From an uncultured virus (IMG/VR IMGVR_UViG_3300037070_004147) (taxonomy: Duplodnaviria; Heunggongvirae; Uroviricota; Caudoviricetes): a stretch of 64,000 nt of DNA. The position numbers and the translations under genes were made by a program. Under the pieces are notes generated by a model, which was not told the origin of the DNA, ran no database searches, and worked only from the letters and a program-made list of their open reading frames with translations. Of the stretch, positions 50,154 to 58,902 are shown piece after piece. The DNA lies in the IMG/VR virus record IMGVR_UViG_3300037070_004147. One strand, given 5' to 3'. Within the stretch, counting starts at the first letter, position 1. Each line of letters starts with the position of its first letter.

Positions 50154-50948
50154 ATGCCCGACGACGATCTGGACTTTCTGGGGCGCCTTGCAAAACGGTC
50201 GCGGGATATTTCCTCGGTTATCGCAGTAGTTATAGCGATTGCGGCTTTTGGGTGGGTACTTTCCGGTAACATTTACTTTAAAGAGAGCGTCGCCAACGTG
50301 GCCGGCGTCGAGACTTTGCGCGCCGATCTTAACGCCAAGCTGGAACAGTCCTCCAAGGACTTTCAGGAGTCCATAACTAAGCTTGTGACCAGCATCGATT
50401 CTATGAATCAGCAGGTTTCAGAGGTTGTACAAAGGAGTGCCGTTGGCTCCAAGGAGAGGCAAGAGCTTATCGACGAGGTCGCTAAGCTTAAGCTGGCCAT
50501 CTCAACTGACATGGACGACTCTCCGGCAATCAGGTTCTTCAGTTCCGGAAACAAAGCGGAACCTCTTAGGCCTGGAGAGCCCATTCGAATTGGCGAGTTC
50601 GTTAGATTGACATGGAGCTTCATCAAGCTCAGAGATTGCGGCAAGTCCCAGCCTGATGATTTAATTATGGACATTAACGGCGTTCAGGCACATCTTGCAC
50701 ACGCCAGCATTATTGGCGCCGACGGCAAAGGCATCGCGACCCCGGTGGATCCTAATATTAGGAACGAGATCACCTATACGGCACAGATCCCAGATGACGT
50801 TGGATTGTCTCCGGGACCGGCCAGCATTTGGGTGCAGATCGTTTACGATCCTATGAAGTGCCCCCGCCTTGGCTCAATTGATAGCCCCCGGATTCCTCTC
50901 ACCCTGACTGAGGCGCTTCCGGATGATGAAAAGAAGCCCGCCAGATGA
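50154..50948 (+). CDS. membrane-anchored coiled-coil protein (lysis region)
   Basis: One TM, coiled coil, coupled to the endolysin. Confidence 0.65.
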   Translation: MPDDDLDFLGRLAKRSRDISSVIAVVIAIAAFGWVLSGNIYFKESVANVAGVETLRADLNAKLEQSSKDFQESITKLVTSIDSMNQQVSEVVQRSAVGSKERQELIDEVAKLKLAISTDMDDSPAIRFFSSGNKAEPLRPGEPIRIGEFVRLTWSFIKLRDCGKSQPDDLIMDINGVQAHLAHASIIGADGKGIATPVDPNIRNEITYTAQIPDDVGLSPGPASIWVQIVYDPMKCPRLGSIDSPRIPLTLTEALPDDEKKPAR

Positions 50949-51754
50949 TCCCGACGCTTGAGGCGCTAGACAAGATAGCTGGCTCTAGGGTCGACAGAGA
51001 CAACGCAGCCTCGCTCATAGAGGCGTTGACGATGTACCCCTCGGCAGGCCTCGGCTTGCCGCATCGGCTAGCGCAGTTCCTGGCACAGCTGTACCACGAG
51101 AGTGGGGCGCTCAGGTACAACGAAGAGATCTGGGGCCCCACGGCGGCACAGCTGACCTATGAGGGGCGCGCCAATCTCGGTAACACCGAACCGGGCGACG
51201 GCTATCGCTTCCGCGGTTGGGGCCTTATTCAGAACACTGGGCGTGCCAACGCCACAGCCTTCCGAGACTGGTGCTGGAAACGTTCCCTGGCATCGCCTGA
51301 TTTCGCGCTGCTGCCGGAGAAGCAAGGCGATGCGCCATGGTCGGCGCTGGCGGCTATCTGGTTCTGGGACAGCCGCAACCTGAACAAGTGGGCCGATGCC
51401 GGCAACATCGAATGGATCACTAAGCTCATCAACGGCGGGCTGAACGGCTACGAGTCCCGGCTGCGCTGGCATTGGCGTGCGTCTCTGGTTCTGCTTGGGT
51501 TCGGCGTCACTGCCGCTGAGCTTCAGAAGTTCCAGTCCGCGTCCGGTCTGGTAGCCGATGGCGTGTCGGGCCCTCTGACGCGCGCAGCGCTGCACACAGC
51601 CCTGGTGAAGCTCTCCACGGCTACTCCGGTACCCTCGACGCCTACCCCGGCCCCAGCGGCCACCCTAGCCTCTCTGGAGGCACGCATTATCACACTAGAG
51701 ACGCTCCCGCAGAGGATCGCTCGCCTTGAGGCAGTTGCTGGCCTAACGAGTTAA
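50945..51754 (+). CDS. endolysin, GH19 family with peptidoglycan-binding domain
   Basis: FLAQLYHES, GDGYRFRGWGLIQNTG, TKLINGG; FQ..GLVADGVSGPLT. Confidence 0.93.
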   Translation: MIPTLEALDKIAGSRVDRDNAASLIEALTMYPSAGLGLPHRLAQFLAQLYHESGALRYNEEIWGPTAAQLTYEGRANLGNTEPGDGYRFRGWGLIQNTGRANATAFRDWCWKRSLASPDFALLPEKQGDAPWSALAAIWFWDSRNLNKWADAGNIEWITKLINGGLNGYESRLRWHWRASLVLLGFGVTAAELQKFQSASGLVADGVSGPLTRAALHTALVKLSTATPVPSTPTPAPAATLASLEARIITLETLPQRIARLEAVAGLTS

Positions 51755-51803
51755 CCCCATGGCCGCCCGGCCGGGCTGCCTCAACACTGTAAGGAAACTG
51801 CAA

Positions 51804-52295
51804 ATGAGAACTCTCCCTCTTGCTCTCATCTTGCTGGTGGCGGGAGTCTCTCTCGCCTCGGCACAGGTGGTTGTCGCTGATCCTGATTCGACCGTCTTCT
51901 TGGGCTCGTTCGTGGATTTCGTGCTGCCTATCGTCCTGACTGTCGTGACTGCCATCGTTGGCGTCGCGGCGACGTTCATTACCGCTTGGCTCAACGAGAA
52001 GTTCCATCTCGACATCGAAGCCAGCAAGCGGGACGCGTTGCAGACCACGCTGACCAATGCTGCTGGCGGCATCATCCAGAAGCTCGGCGAGCGTGCTCGC
52101 GACCTCAAGCTGGACATCCACAATCCCGTGGTCGCCGACGCGGTCAATCGCGCGCTGAAGGGTGCTCCGGATGCGCTGAAGTGGGCGAACCTGACCCAGG
52201 AAGAGATTGCTCGCCGCATTCTCGAGAAGGTCGCGCTCATCCTGCCGCCGGCACAGCCGCCCAAGCAGGCTTCCGATCTCTCCAACGAGATCTAA
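51804..52295 (+). CDS. holin-like membrane protein
   Basis: Signal-like N-terminus plus TM segment, after the endolysin; AAGGA RBS. Confidence 0.55.
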   Translation: MRTLPLALILLVAGVSLASAQVVVADPDSTVFLGSFVDFVLPIVLTVVTAIVGVAATFITAWLNEKFHLDIEASKRDALQTTLTNAAGGIIQKLGERARDLKLDIHNPVVADAVNRALKGAPDALKWANLTQEEIARRILEKVALILPPAQPPKQASDLSNEI

Positions 52296-52317
52296 AACAG
52301 GAAAGGAAACGTAAGAG

Positions 52318-52596
52318 ATGATGAAGCGTTTTATGGTTGGCGGTCTTGTTCTGGCCGCCCTTGGTTTGAGTGCATGTAACGGCATCGAAGCGCTCGGCTG
52401 GACTCGTGATCAGACCGCGTGCGTCGCTAGTGAAGCCGTTAAGGTTGCGTTGTCTGCGGACTTTGATCGTTCGAATCTCGCACCATATGTGGGGCAGATT
52501 GCCACCACTTGCGGGATTGATCTGACTGCGATGGCGAACTCCGCCGTCGAGACGTCGATTCTTGCCTCGGCTCACACTGAGGCCGTCGTCAACTAA
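52318..52596 (+). CDS. lipoprotein (possible o-spanin)
   Basis: Lipobox LSAC after a signal peptide. Confidence 0.65.
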   Translation: MMKRFMVGGLVLAALGLSACNGIEALGWTRDQTACVASEAVKVALSADFDRSNLAPYVGQIATTCGIDLTAMANSAVETSILASAHTEAVVN

Positions 52597-52611
52597 CTCG
52601 ACTACCCAAAC

Positions 52612-52639
52612 TGGTGAGGGGCGAAACCGCCTCTCACCA
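52612..52639 (+). terminator. hairpin after lysis cassette
   Basis: TGGTGAGGGGCG-AAAC-CGCCTCTCACCA; no U tract. Confidence 0.45.
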
Positions 52640-52661
52640 CTGAAATGAGGGGACTATAACT

Positions 52662-53663
52662 ATGGTTACAGTATCCAACAGCGCACAGCTGAATTCTGCG
52701 CTGCGCTCTGCTTCTGCCGGTGAGGTCATCCAACTCACCAGCGGCACCTACTCGCTTAACATGAAGGGCGTTGATGCTCACGGTGCAGTTATCACCGAAG
52801 CTGAAGGCGCGACTGCTAGTTTTTCCAAAATAGATTTCCGCAACATGCATAACGTCACCTTTGACTCGGTTCATTTTAATCTTCCGACCGCCACCAAGGG
52901 CATCGTGATTGCCAGTTCCGATGGCATCACCATTGAGAATTCCGATATCAACGGATCGACCGCGCAGGGCACTAGGGCCGTCTTCATCAACCACTCGAGC
53001 GACATGGCTCTGGTGGGCAACCACGTTGAGGGCTTCGCCACCCAGTTCCAGCTGTCCGACATTGATGGGCTGACGGTGCAGGGCAATGTCATGACCAACG
53101 CGTCTTGGGACGCGATGATCTCTGGCAACGTCCACCACGCTACCTATGCCGACAACGACATCACCCTTAATATTCCTAAGGGTCGGCTGCACACGGACGG
53201 GATGCAGTTCTATGAAAATGGCGGAGCTTCTCTGAGCGACGTCAATATCGTTAACAACTACATCAACACTCAGGGCCGTTCTCACGGCATCTACATGGGC
53301 AACAACTATGCCCATAATGGTGGCGGCGATGCCGCTTTCTTCCGGAACGTGGTGATCGACCATAACACCGTCATCACCACCAACTCGCTGGGTATCGCCG
53401 TTGGCGAGACTCACGGTCTTGACATCACCAACAACTCTGCCTCGGGCATCCGAGTCAGATATAATTCTACCGATGTCAACATCGCGGACAACTACGTCAA
53501 TCACAAGACCATCGCTAGCGGCGATAATTGGGCGCCGCATTCTGGGCACTCGTCCAGCTGGAGCGAAACCGGTACGCACGTTCAATCTGGTTCGCTGCCG
53601 GACATGACGTACGATCCGGATCCGGCGGCCGACACGTTCCACTTCGACGCGCATATGATCTGA
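52662..53663 (+). CDS. right-handed parallel beta-helix protein
   Basis: VSNSAQLNSAL..GEVIQL..GTY; repeated IENS/VQGN/IDHN turns; HTDGMQ. Confidence 0.85.
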   Translation: MVTVSNSAQLNSALRSASAGEVIQLTSGTYSLNMKGVDAHGAVITEAEGATASFSKIDFRNMHNVTFDSVHFNLPTATKGIVIASSDGITIENSDINGSTAQGTRAVFINHSSDMALVGNHVEGFATQFQLSDIDGLTVQGNVMTNASWDAMISGNVHHATYADNDITLNIPKGRLHTDGMQFYENGGASLSDVNIVNNYINTQGRSHGIYMGNNYAHNGGGDAAFFRNVVIDHNTVITTNSLGIAVGETHGLDITNNSASGIRVRYNSTDVNIADNYVNHKTIASGDNWAPHSGHSSSWSETGTHVQSGSLPDMTYDPDPAADTFHFDAHMI

Positions 53664-53708
53664 TTATTATGTTAAATGCTCTCGAGGAAACCGAGAGCGC
53701 CTTCAAGC

Positions 53709-53783
53709 TGGCTCGGGGAGGTGGATTCGAACCACCGACACACAGCTTCAAAGGCTGCCGTTCTTCCGCTGAACTACCCCCGA
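53709..53783 (-). tRNA. tRNA-Gln(TTG)
   Basis: U1-A72, GCAGC CT TTG AA GCTGT, GTTCGAATC, G CCA. Confidence 0.92.
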
Positions 53784-53848
53784 AAACTTATAGTCAATCC
53801 GTCCCTTTTGCCTTACCCTAGGTCACATATCTAAACGGGGGCAAGTTG

Positions 53849-54115
53849 ATGAATGATCTGGAGCACATGACACCATTCTATGGTACTCGCGGTGAAGAGT
53901 ACCAGCTTATGCAAGAGGAAGAGACTAAGCGACTCGAACAGAGAGATTACAAGCCAACACCGACTTTAGGCTTGGTGCTGTTTATCCTTCTTGCGACTCT
54001 GATTCTGTGGATATTTGGGGGAGAATCTCACAATTCAGATGCCCATGTTCCGCAAACACCCCAAACAGCGCCTTCTGCATTTCCTGCCTCTCCGGAGCTA
54101 ACTCCGGATAAGTGA
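53849..54115 (+). CDS. small membrane protein
   Basis: One TM segment; overlaps a convergent ORF. Confidence 0.5.
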   Translation: MNDLEHMTPFYGTRGEEYQLMQEEETKRLEQRDYKPTPTLGLVLFILLATLILWIFGGESHNSDAHVPQTPQTAPSAFPASPELTPDK

Positions 54116-54314
54116 TTACGGCCGCATCCACGCGAGCCAGGATCTCGTGGGCTACGCTCTCCGGCACGGCGATGTAGGCGGGGGCGTTAGGTTTTGGCCC
54201 GTCCCAGATCTTGTACGCTTTCCCTAGGGGACTCTGATCTTCCATGGCCCTAAGCACGTCCTCAATCTTATGTTGACGGATCCCGGACATTTGCACCATC
54301 GTTTTGAAACTCAT
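53982..54314 (-). CDS. hypothetical protein
   Basis: ATGA-coupled to the upstream gene. Confidence 0.5.
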   Translation of the reverse strand: MSFKTMVQMSGIRQHKIEDVLRAMEDQSPLGKAYKIWDGPKPNAPAYIAVPESVAHEILARVDAAVITYPELAPERQEMQKALFGVFAEHGHLNCEILPQISTESESQEG

Positions 54315-54736
54315 GCCGTAACGACTTCGGCCTTCGCTATCTTCTCCGCCTCCAAGTGCGCAAGGTGCCACATCACATGCCCGTCGCGCATGAAGTTGTG
54401 GAGGCAGATGGCGGCCACCTTAGGGGAGACTTTTGAGCCACCGCCATGGAAGAACAACTTGTTAGCCTCGACACGCGGCAACTCGGCTTTGTCGGCGATA
54501 TCCTGCCACATGCGCATCTCGCTGACGTTATGGAACAACTCAAATTCCAGCTTGCCACCGAGGCAAGCGCTCGTGCCGCACCTGGGTGTATCCGACCGGC
54601 GCTTCTCGAGATCGGAGTGCCACAGCTTGTAATCGAAGGCGCACTTTTCGTCACCGCCGGCAACGAGCCAGTCGTAAACCTCGCACATGATCTGATAGTT
54701 CATGGGCGTCAGGCCCAGCGCATTGTCCAGCTTCAT
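54311..54736 (-). CDS. hypothetical, CGTxAC family
   Basis: Paralog of the 57981 gene. Confidence 0.75.
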   Translation of the reverse strand: MKLDNALGLTPMNYQIMCEVYDWLVAGGDEKCAFDYKLWHSDLEKRRSDTPRCGTSACLGGKLEFELFHNVSEMRMWQDIADKAELPRVEANKLFFHGGGSKVSPKVAAICLHNFMRDGHVMWHLAHLEAEKIAKAEVVTA

Positions 54737-55095
54737 TCTGCAATCTCGGCATCTTGAGCAGCTGCGGTCTTCTTGCTGCGCTTCTTTCGTGTCGCCTTGG
54801 CCGGAGCCTCAACCACCTCCGGCTCCGGATCAGAGGCACCCATCATGGCAACTCGCAGCTGCATGCGCTGGCGGTATTCGGTAATGACGGTTTCAGTCAT
54901 GGACTGGATAAACGGCTCTAGCTCGTCCATCACGGCCTTGGCCTGCTGCTGGAATAGCAGCTTGCGTGCCGCATTGAGGGCAACTGCCATAATGAAGTAG
55001 CATTTGACCGGGCTTCCCGCGCCCTTCGCGATAGCCGCCGCGAACACATGGTCGATGTCAGGCACAGAAGCCGTGACCTTGCTTTCAGTTTCCAA
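54733..55095 (-). CDS. hypothetical protein
   Basis: Coupled ORF with basic C-terminus. Confidence 0.6.
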   Translation of the reverse strand: METESKVTASVPDIDHVFAAAIAKGAGSPVKCYFIMAVALNAARKLLFQQQAKAVMDELEPFIQSMTETVITEYRQRMQLRVAMMGASDPEPEVVEAPAKATRKKRSKKTAAAQDAEIAE

Positions 55096-55282
55096 TGAGG
55101 ATGCTCCTTAGGATTCTCTCTATCCAGTATTCCCAGATTAAGCCTAGCCCATATCCGACAAGGATCACCACGCCCACTAGCAGGAATAACTTGACGCACC
55201 GGGCCAGATATCGGCGATCGGGCGCGCGATAATCCAGCACATAGATCCTAGGCTTAGACTCCTTCGGCGGACGCCAACTCAT
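55085..55282 (-). CDS. small membrane protein
   Basis: ATGA-coupled, one TM. Confidence 0.55.
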   Translation of the reverse strand: MSWRPPKESKPRIYVLDYRAPDRRYLARCVKLFLLVGVVILVGYGLGLIWEYWIERILRSILIGN

Positions 55283-55473
55283 CGTCCCGGGCCCACTGCG
55301 CACGCCACAACTAGGCTATGAAGCCGCCTACCGTCAGGCGAGTCAAGGTCTGCGCTAATGATCTGAACGTGAGCACGCTCGCAGTCCAGTGCGGTAGGAT
55401 CTCCGGTCGGCTCCGGAATGCTGGGGGCGCAGGCCGCAGCCCATAGCGCGCTACCGAGTGCCATCCATCGCAT
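55279..55473 (-). CDS. small putative lipoprotein
   Basis: MRWMALGSALWAAAC lipobox-like start. Confidence 0.5.
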   Translation of the reverse strand: MRWMALGSALWAAACAPSIPEPTGDPTALDCERAHVQIISADLDSPDGRRLHSLVVACAVGPGR

Positions 55474-55507
55474 ATCCGTAGCCTCTGTCGTTTCCCCTTG
55501 GGTGGTC

Positions 55508-55554
55508 GGGAGGCCGGATGCAGGAAGGAGCCAACCCACCACACCCAGCCTCCC
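55508..55554 (-). ncRNA. putative anti-Shine-Dalgarno hairpin sRNA
   Basis: 13-bp stem with two G-U pairs on the - strand; 21-nt loop contains GGGUUGGCUCCUUCCU, complementary to the shared early-gene RBS. Confidence 0.65.
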
Positions 55555-55657
55555 TCCCGTCCTGCACCTTCTACCTTCCTACCTTTGGGAGGAATATCGG
55601 AAGGGAGGCCGCAGACACCCTCAGCCGCACCCGCAGCGGCAACGGCTGAGGAACAAT

Positions 55658-56224
55658 TTAACTCCCGGAGACGACGATTGTCCCCGGCTGATTTAGCAGG
55701 GCGCCGCCAGCGGGATCCACAAGCTGGACGTGCCCGTTCTTGACCGCCCAAGCCAAATCCGCAGCCGTGCCGCCGAACGCTCGGTAGTCCTCGTAAGACA
55801 TCCTTCGCTCCGGAGTCGACCAGAGCAACTCCAGGGACTTGAAGCCGGGCACGCTGGCCAGATGCGGGTTCTTGTCCGTGACAGCAACCAGATACTTACC
55901 GGCAGCCAGGGCAGGGCGTCCGCGTCGCTTCATCACACGGACCACGCCCGGTTCGGAAGGGTCGGGGGGTTCGGTCGAAGTGATGGCCCCGATCTCGTCG
56001 TGCAGCATCTCCGCGGCACCCTCGAGATCGTGCATGAGGATCTGCTGCCAGACTTCAGCTGCACGCTCGCGACCGATCTTGCCGACTAACGCCAGATTGA
56101 ACCGCCTCACGGCGCTAGGCAGATCCACGGCCTCGACGTCGGCACGCGTGCCGGTGATGTCTTCCGTCAGTTCCGCGACTTCCTCCTTGGAAAGCCGCAT
56201 CGCGTCGAGGTCGAATTCAGACAT
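55658..56224 (-). CDS. putative DNA-binding protein
   Basis: KRRGRP AT-hook-like motif; small C-terminal domain YEDY..GG..DLAW..G; RBS AAGGAGCCA. Confidence 0.55.
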   Translation of the reverse strand: MSEFDLDAMRLSKEEVAELTEDITGTRADVEAVDLPSAVRRFNLALVGKIGRERAAEVWQQILMHDLEGAAEMLHDEIGAITSTEPPDPSEPGVVRVMKRRGRPALAAGKYLVAVTDKNPHLASVPGFKSLELLWSTPERRMSYEDYRAFGGTAADLAWAVKNGHVQLVDPAGGALLNQPGTIVVSGS

Positions 56225-56270
56225 TTATGGCTCCTTGTCGATTCGGCAGATAATACAGCAGGTACCGGCC

Positions 56271-56486
56271 CTAGCGCAATAACCCTTCGCGTATCTTATC
56301 GTTCAGCCAAGCCACGAAAGCGTGAGGTCCAACAATCTCTTCAGGGACATCGATATCTAGATCGTCCAGGGCAATGACGAAGTCGGCGGCCGCGTCATTG
56401 CCGCCATCAACGTAACCTACGTCATAGTCGGTATCCAGTGCGCGAGCCGGAGACGGTTGGTAGTTTTTGGCCTTGCCCTCCATCAC
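56271..56486 (-). CDS. hypothetical protein
   Basis: Coupled ORF. Confidence 0.55.
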   Translation of the reverse strand: MMEGKAKNYQPSPARALDTDYDVGYVDGGNDAAADFVIALDDLDIDVPEEIVGPHAFVAWLNDKIREGLLR

Positions 56487-56752
56487 CGAAGCACCAGCAT
56501 CGTGCAGAAGATACCCATACCCAGCATGGCCATGCCCATGCCGAACAGACAGAGGTCACGATTGAAGACCATGGCGCGGAGCATCAGATTCTCCGCACTC
56601 ACCGTGTTGAATTTATCAACGAGGATTTCGCCCTGATGATCCATCTCGTTCATCTTGTCCAGGGCCATATTGTATACTGCCTGGGCAACCTCGTTGTCCT
56701 CGAAGATTTCCGGCTCCGGCTCACGGGGGTAAAGCTGGTGAACGGTTCCCAT
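56483..56752 (-). CDS. small membrane protein
   Basis: C-terminal TM; RBS AGGAAGGAGCC. Confidence 0.65.
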   Translation of the reverse strand: MGTVHQLYPREPEPEIFEDNEVAQAVYNMALDKMNEMDHQGEILVDKFNTVSAENLMLRAMVFNRDLCLFGMGMAMLGMGIFCTMLVLR

Positions 56753-56926
56753 TTAAAGGCTCCTTCCTTGATTCTCGGAATTCAAGTCCTCTTCGCGAAG
56801 GTCCCACCAGCGTTCGTCGCCGGCCGGCTCCTGATCCTCTGGCTCGTGCTCGTCGACATATGAGCGGGCCGCCGCATCAAGAACAGCACGATACCAGCCA
56901 TCGCAGACGCGCCCGCGATCGGTCAT
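56753..56926 (-). CDS. acidic hypothetical protein (57 aa, not in ORF track)
   Basis: MTDRGRVC..NQGRSL fills the gap, ATGA-coupled. Confidence 0.55.
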   Translation of the reverse strand: MTDRGRVCDGWYRAVLDAAARSYVDEHEPEDQEPAGDERWWDLREEDLNSENQGRSL

Positions 56927-57108
56927 TCTGCGTCCTCCTCAAGGTAGAACGGATCCAGCCGCTTGGCCACCCGCTGGAAAAGCCATTCGTCAACTGAGCC
57001 TTTGCGTGGCGGACGAGGACGGCCGATTTGCAGGTAGCTTAGGTTCGGGTCCGGCGACCGGGGATGCGTTTCAACAAGGCCGCGGAGTAGGCGATTTAGG
57101 AATTTCAT
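56923..57108 (-). CDS. hypothetical protein (61 aa)
   Basis: MKFLNRLL after cassette RBS. Confidence 0.65.
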   Translation of the reverse strand: MKFLNRLLRGLVETHPRSPDPNLSYLQIGRPRPPRKGSVDEWLFQRVAKRLDPFYLEEDAE

Positions 57109-57160
57109 CGTTTGGCTCCTTCTATGCGACTCATAATACGCCTCAATCCACGCGTGGCAA
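57109..57160 (-). promoter_or_regulatory. promoter-operator-RBS cassette, copy 4 (variant)
   Basis: TTGCCA-N16-TATTAT, CCACGCGTGG overlapping -35, AGAAGGAGCCAAAC. Confidence 0.75.
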
Positions 57161-57244
57161 GGATTCTTTTGAGGTGATGCCGCGGTCGTGAGCCATGGGC
57201 GGAAGTCTGCGCGCAAAGTCACAGACAGCCGAATCCAAACTCGC

Positions 57245-57451
57245 CTAACGCTTACTCTTTGCCAACTTCTGTTGAAAATCCAACACAACAGCAGCGTGAT
57301 CGGCTTTCTTTTCGCCGAGCAATTCACTGATCACTTCGCTAGCTAGAAGCAGACATTTGGCGTCTACATCTTGCGCTAGGCCTTTGCTGGTGTGCGTGCC
57401 GGTTGTCTTAAGCCATTCCGCTAACGCTTTCGCCAGGGCGCGGTCGGTCAT
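57245..57451 (-). CDS. hypothetical protein
   Basis: ATGA-coupled. Confidence 0.55.
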   Translation of the reverse strand: MTDRALAKALAEWLKTTGTHTSKGLAQDVDAKCLLLASEVISELLGEKKADHAAVVLDFQQKLAKSKR

Positions 57452-57744
57452 GCCGGCTCTCCGGGCGGGATGTACACGAGCCCCTGACCCTCGGCGACGT
57501 AGCACCCGCTGCCGTCAGGATTCTTGGACACCAAAGTCCAGGCTCCGGACTTTCGGTTGGTGAAGATCTCCATCATCGAACCGTAGGTCGAGTCCTGTCC
57601 GATCACGATCACGTCCTCGCCCAACTCTCCGCCCAGGAATTTAACGATCTGATCGTGCGGAGCGCATTGATTGTTTGCCGTCTGAGCGACACCACAGGTC
57701 GGAAGCGTAAGAGCGATAAGCAGCGTCGATAGTGATTTCATCAT
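57448..57744 (-). CDS. secreted small protein of a type common in alphaproteobacteria and their phages
   Basis: Signal peptide; C..H..L..E..G..GAWTLV..C..A.G. Confidence 0.65.
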   Translation of the reverse strand: MMKSLSTLLIALTLPTCGVAQTANNQCAPHDQIVKFLGGELGEDVIVIGQDSTYGSMMEIFTNRKSGAWTLVSKNPDGSGCYVAEGQGLVYIPPGEPA

Positions 57745-57980
57745 TTAGTCCCCCATTTCCGCACCGGGATGGGTGCGATGTCGGCTCAATCTCCCAGCCA
57801 TAAGACTCAAGCTTACGCTTAATTCTCCGGTTGCACTCCCGTTCCTCGGCCGTCAATGGCCTAGCCATTTACGGAGCCCTCTTCCCCGCAAAGGCAATCA
57901 GCACCAGTCCGGTCAACCCGCCGCCGACGGCGAGCATCTTGCTCACCGCGACGACATGATCTGCTAGGTAGGCGAACAAG

Positions 57981-58424
57981 CTAGGCGTCGCCATGGTCAT
58001 GCCTATCGCCCAGCCCGAGGAATTCACGGCACGTCTGAACGTCACCCATTGCTCGACGCCAGTTGACTTCGCCGGTCTCGAGCATGTGCCGGACGCATGA
58101 GGCTGCCTGCCCTGGCGTGGGGTTCTCCAAGAACCGATTGCCATCGAAGAAAAGCTGCTCTGCGGTCTCATAGGGGACGCCGATGATCTCCGGCAGCTTG
58201 GGATTGCTGAAGTGATCCGAACGCTCGCCACCGGTGTTGAGATCTAGCCACCCGCCGATGCAGGCAGCTGTGCCGCACTTCGAGGCCCACTTTGAGTAGT
58301 TAAACGAATACTGCCCGTCGTCTCCGCCGTCATCCAGCCAAGCCAGCAAGCGGCCCCAAAGATCCACCTGCGCTGGCGACATGTCGAACACGTTCCGCTG
58401 CGGGATTCCGAAATCGAACGGCAT
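57981..58424 (-). CDS. hypothetical, CGTxAC family
   Basis: Paralog of the 54311 gene. Confidence 0.75.
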   Translation of the reverse strand: MPFDFGIPQRNVFDMSPAQVDLWGRLLAWLDDGGDDGQYSFNYSKWASKCGTAACIGGWLDLNTGGERSDHFSNPKLPEIIGVPYETAEQLFFDGNRFLENPTPGQAASCVRHMLETGEVNWRRAMGDVQTCREFLGLGDRHDHGDA

Positions 58425-58696
58425 CAATTCTCTCCTTTGTTGAGTCCTAGTTCTTCCATTTCCTCGTCGCTGAGAGTGAACCAGATATCGCCATCACTGT
58501 CAGGGACGGGAGTGGCATTTGTTGCGTTCCTGGCCAACCACTCCGAATACGAGGAAGATATCCCGGCCTTCCTAACCTTAACGATATTCTCTCTGATAAA
58601 GCCCTCAAGGTCGGCAACGCGAGTGGCAAGGCGTTCGTTCTCGTCCTCGAGCCTGCGGATGGCGGTGAATACGCTCAACACCTCTTCGTCGGTCAT
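58424..58696 (-). CDS. hypothetical coiled-coil protein
   Basis: RBS AAGGAGCC. Confidence 0.65.
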   Translation of the reverse strand: MTDEEVLSVFTAIRRLEDENERLATRVADLEGFIRENIVKVRKAGISSSYSEWLARNATNATPVPDSDGDIWFTLSDEEMEELGLNKGEN

Positions 58697-58902
58697 GGCT
58701 TCAGGCTCCTTAAGGCCGCCGCAATTACGGATGGCTTCACCCTAGGCTCAATCATCGCCTCATGAGGATTGGGCGGGGTCCATTCTCCGACTATGTTAAA
58801 GTACCCTACCGCTCCGATCACCTGCTTTTTGGGCGGCCACATCGTTTCGATGTAGCGAGCAAACACCTCTCCGAAGGTCGCGAGGGCTTCGTCGTCGGTC
58901 AT
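58693..58902 (-). CDS. hypothetical protein
   Basis: MTDDEAL start, ATGA-coupled. Confidence 0.55.
   Translation of the reverse strand: MTDDEALATFGEVFARYIETMWPPKKQVIGAVGYFNIVGEWTPPNPHEAMIEPRVKPSVIAAALRSLKP

Noticed and set aside
53709..53783. Lone tRNA-Gln as prophage att site
   Set aside because: Phage genes on both sides, no integrase and no duplicated 3' end seen
53982..54115. Convergent overlap of two ORFs as an antisense system
   Set aside because: Short hypothetical ORFs; one may be spurious, no supporting signal
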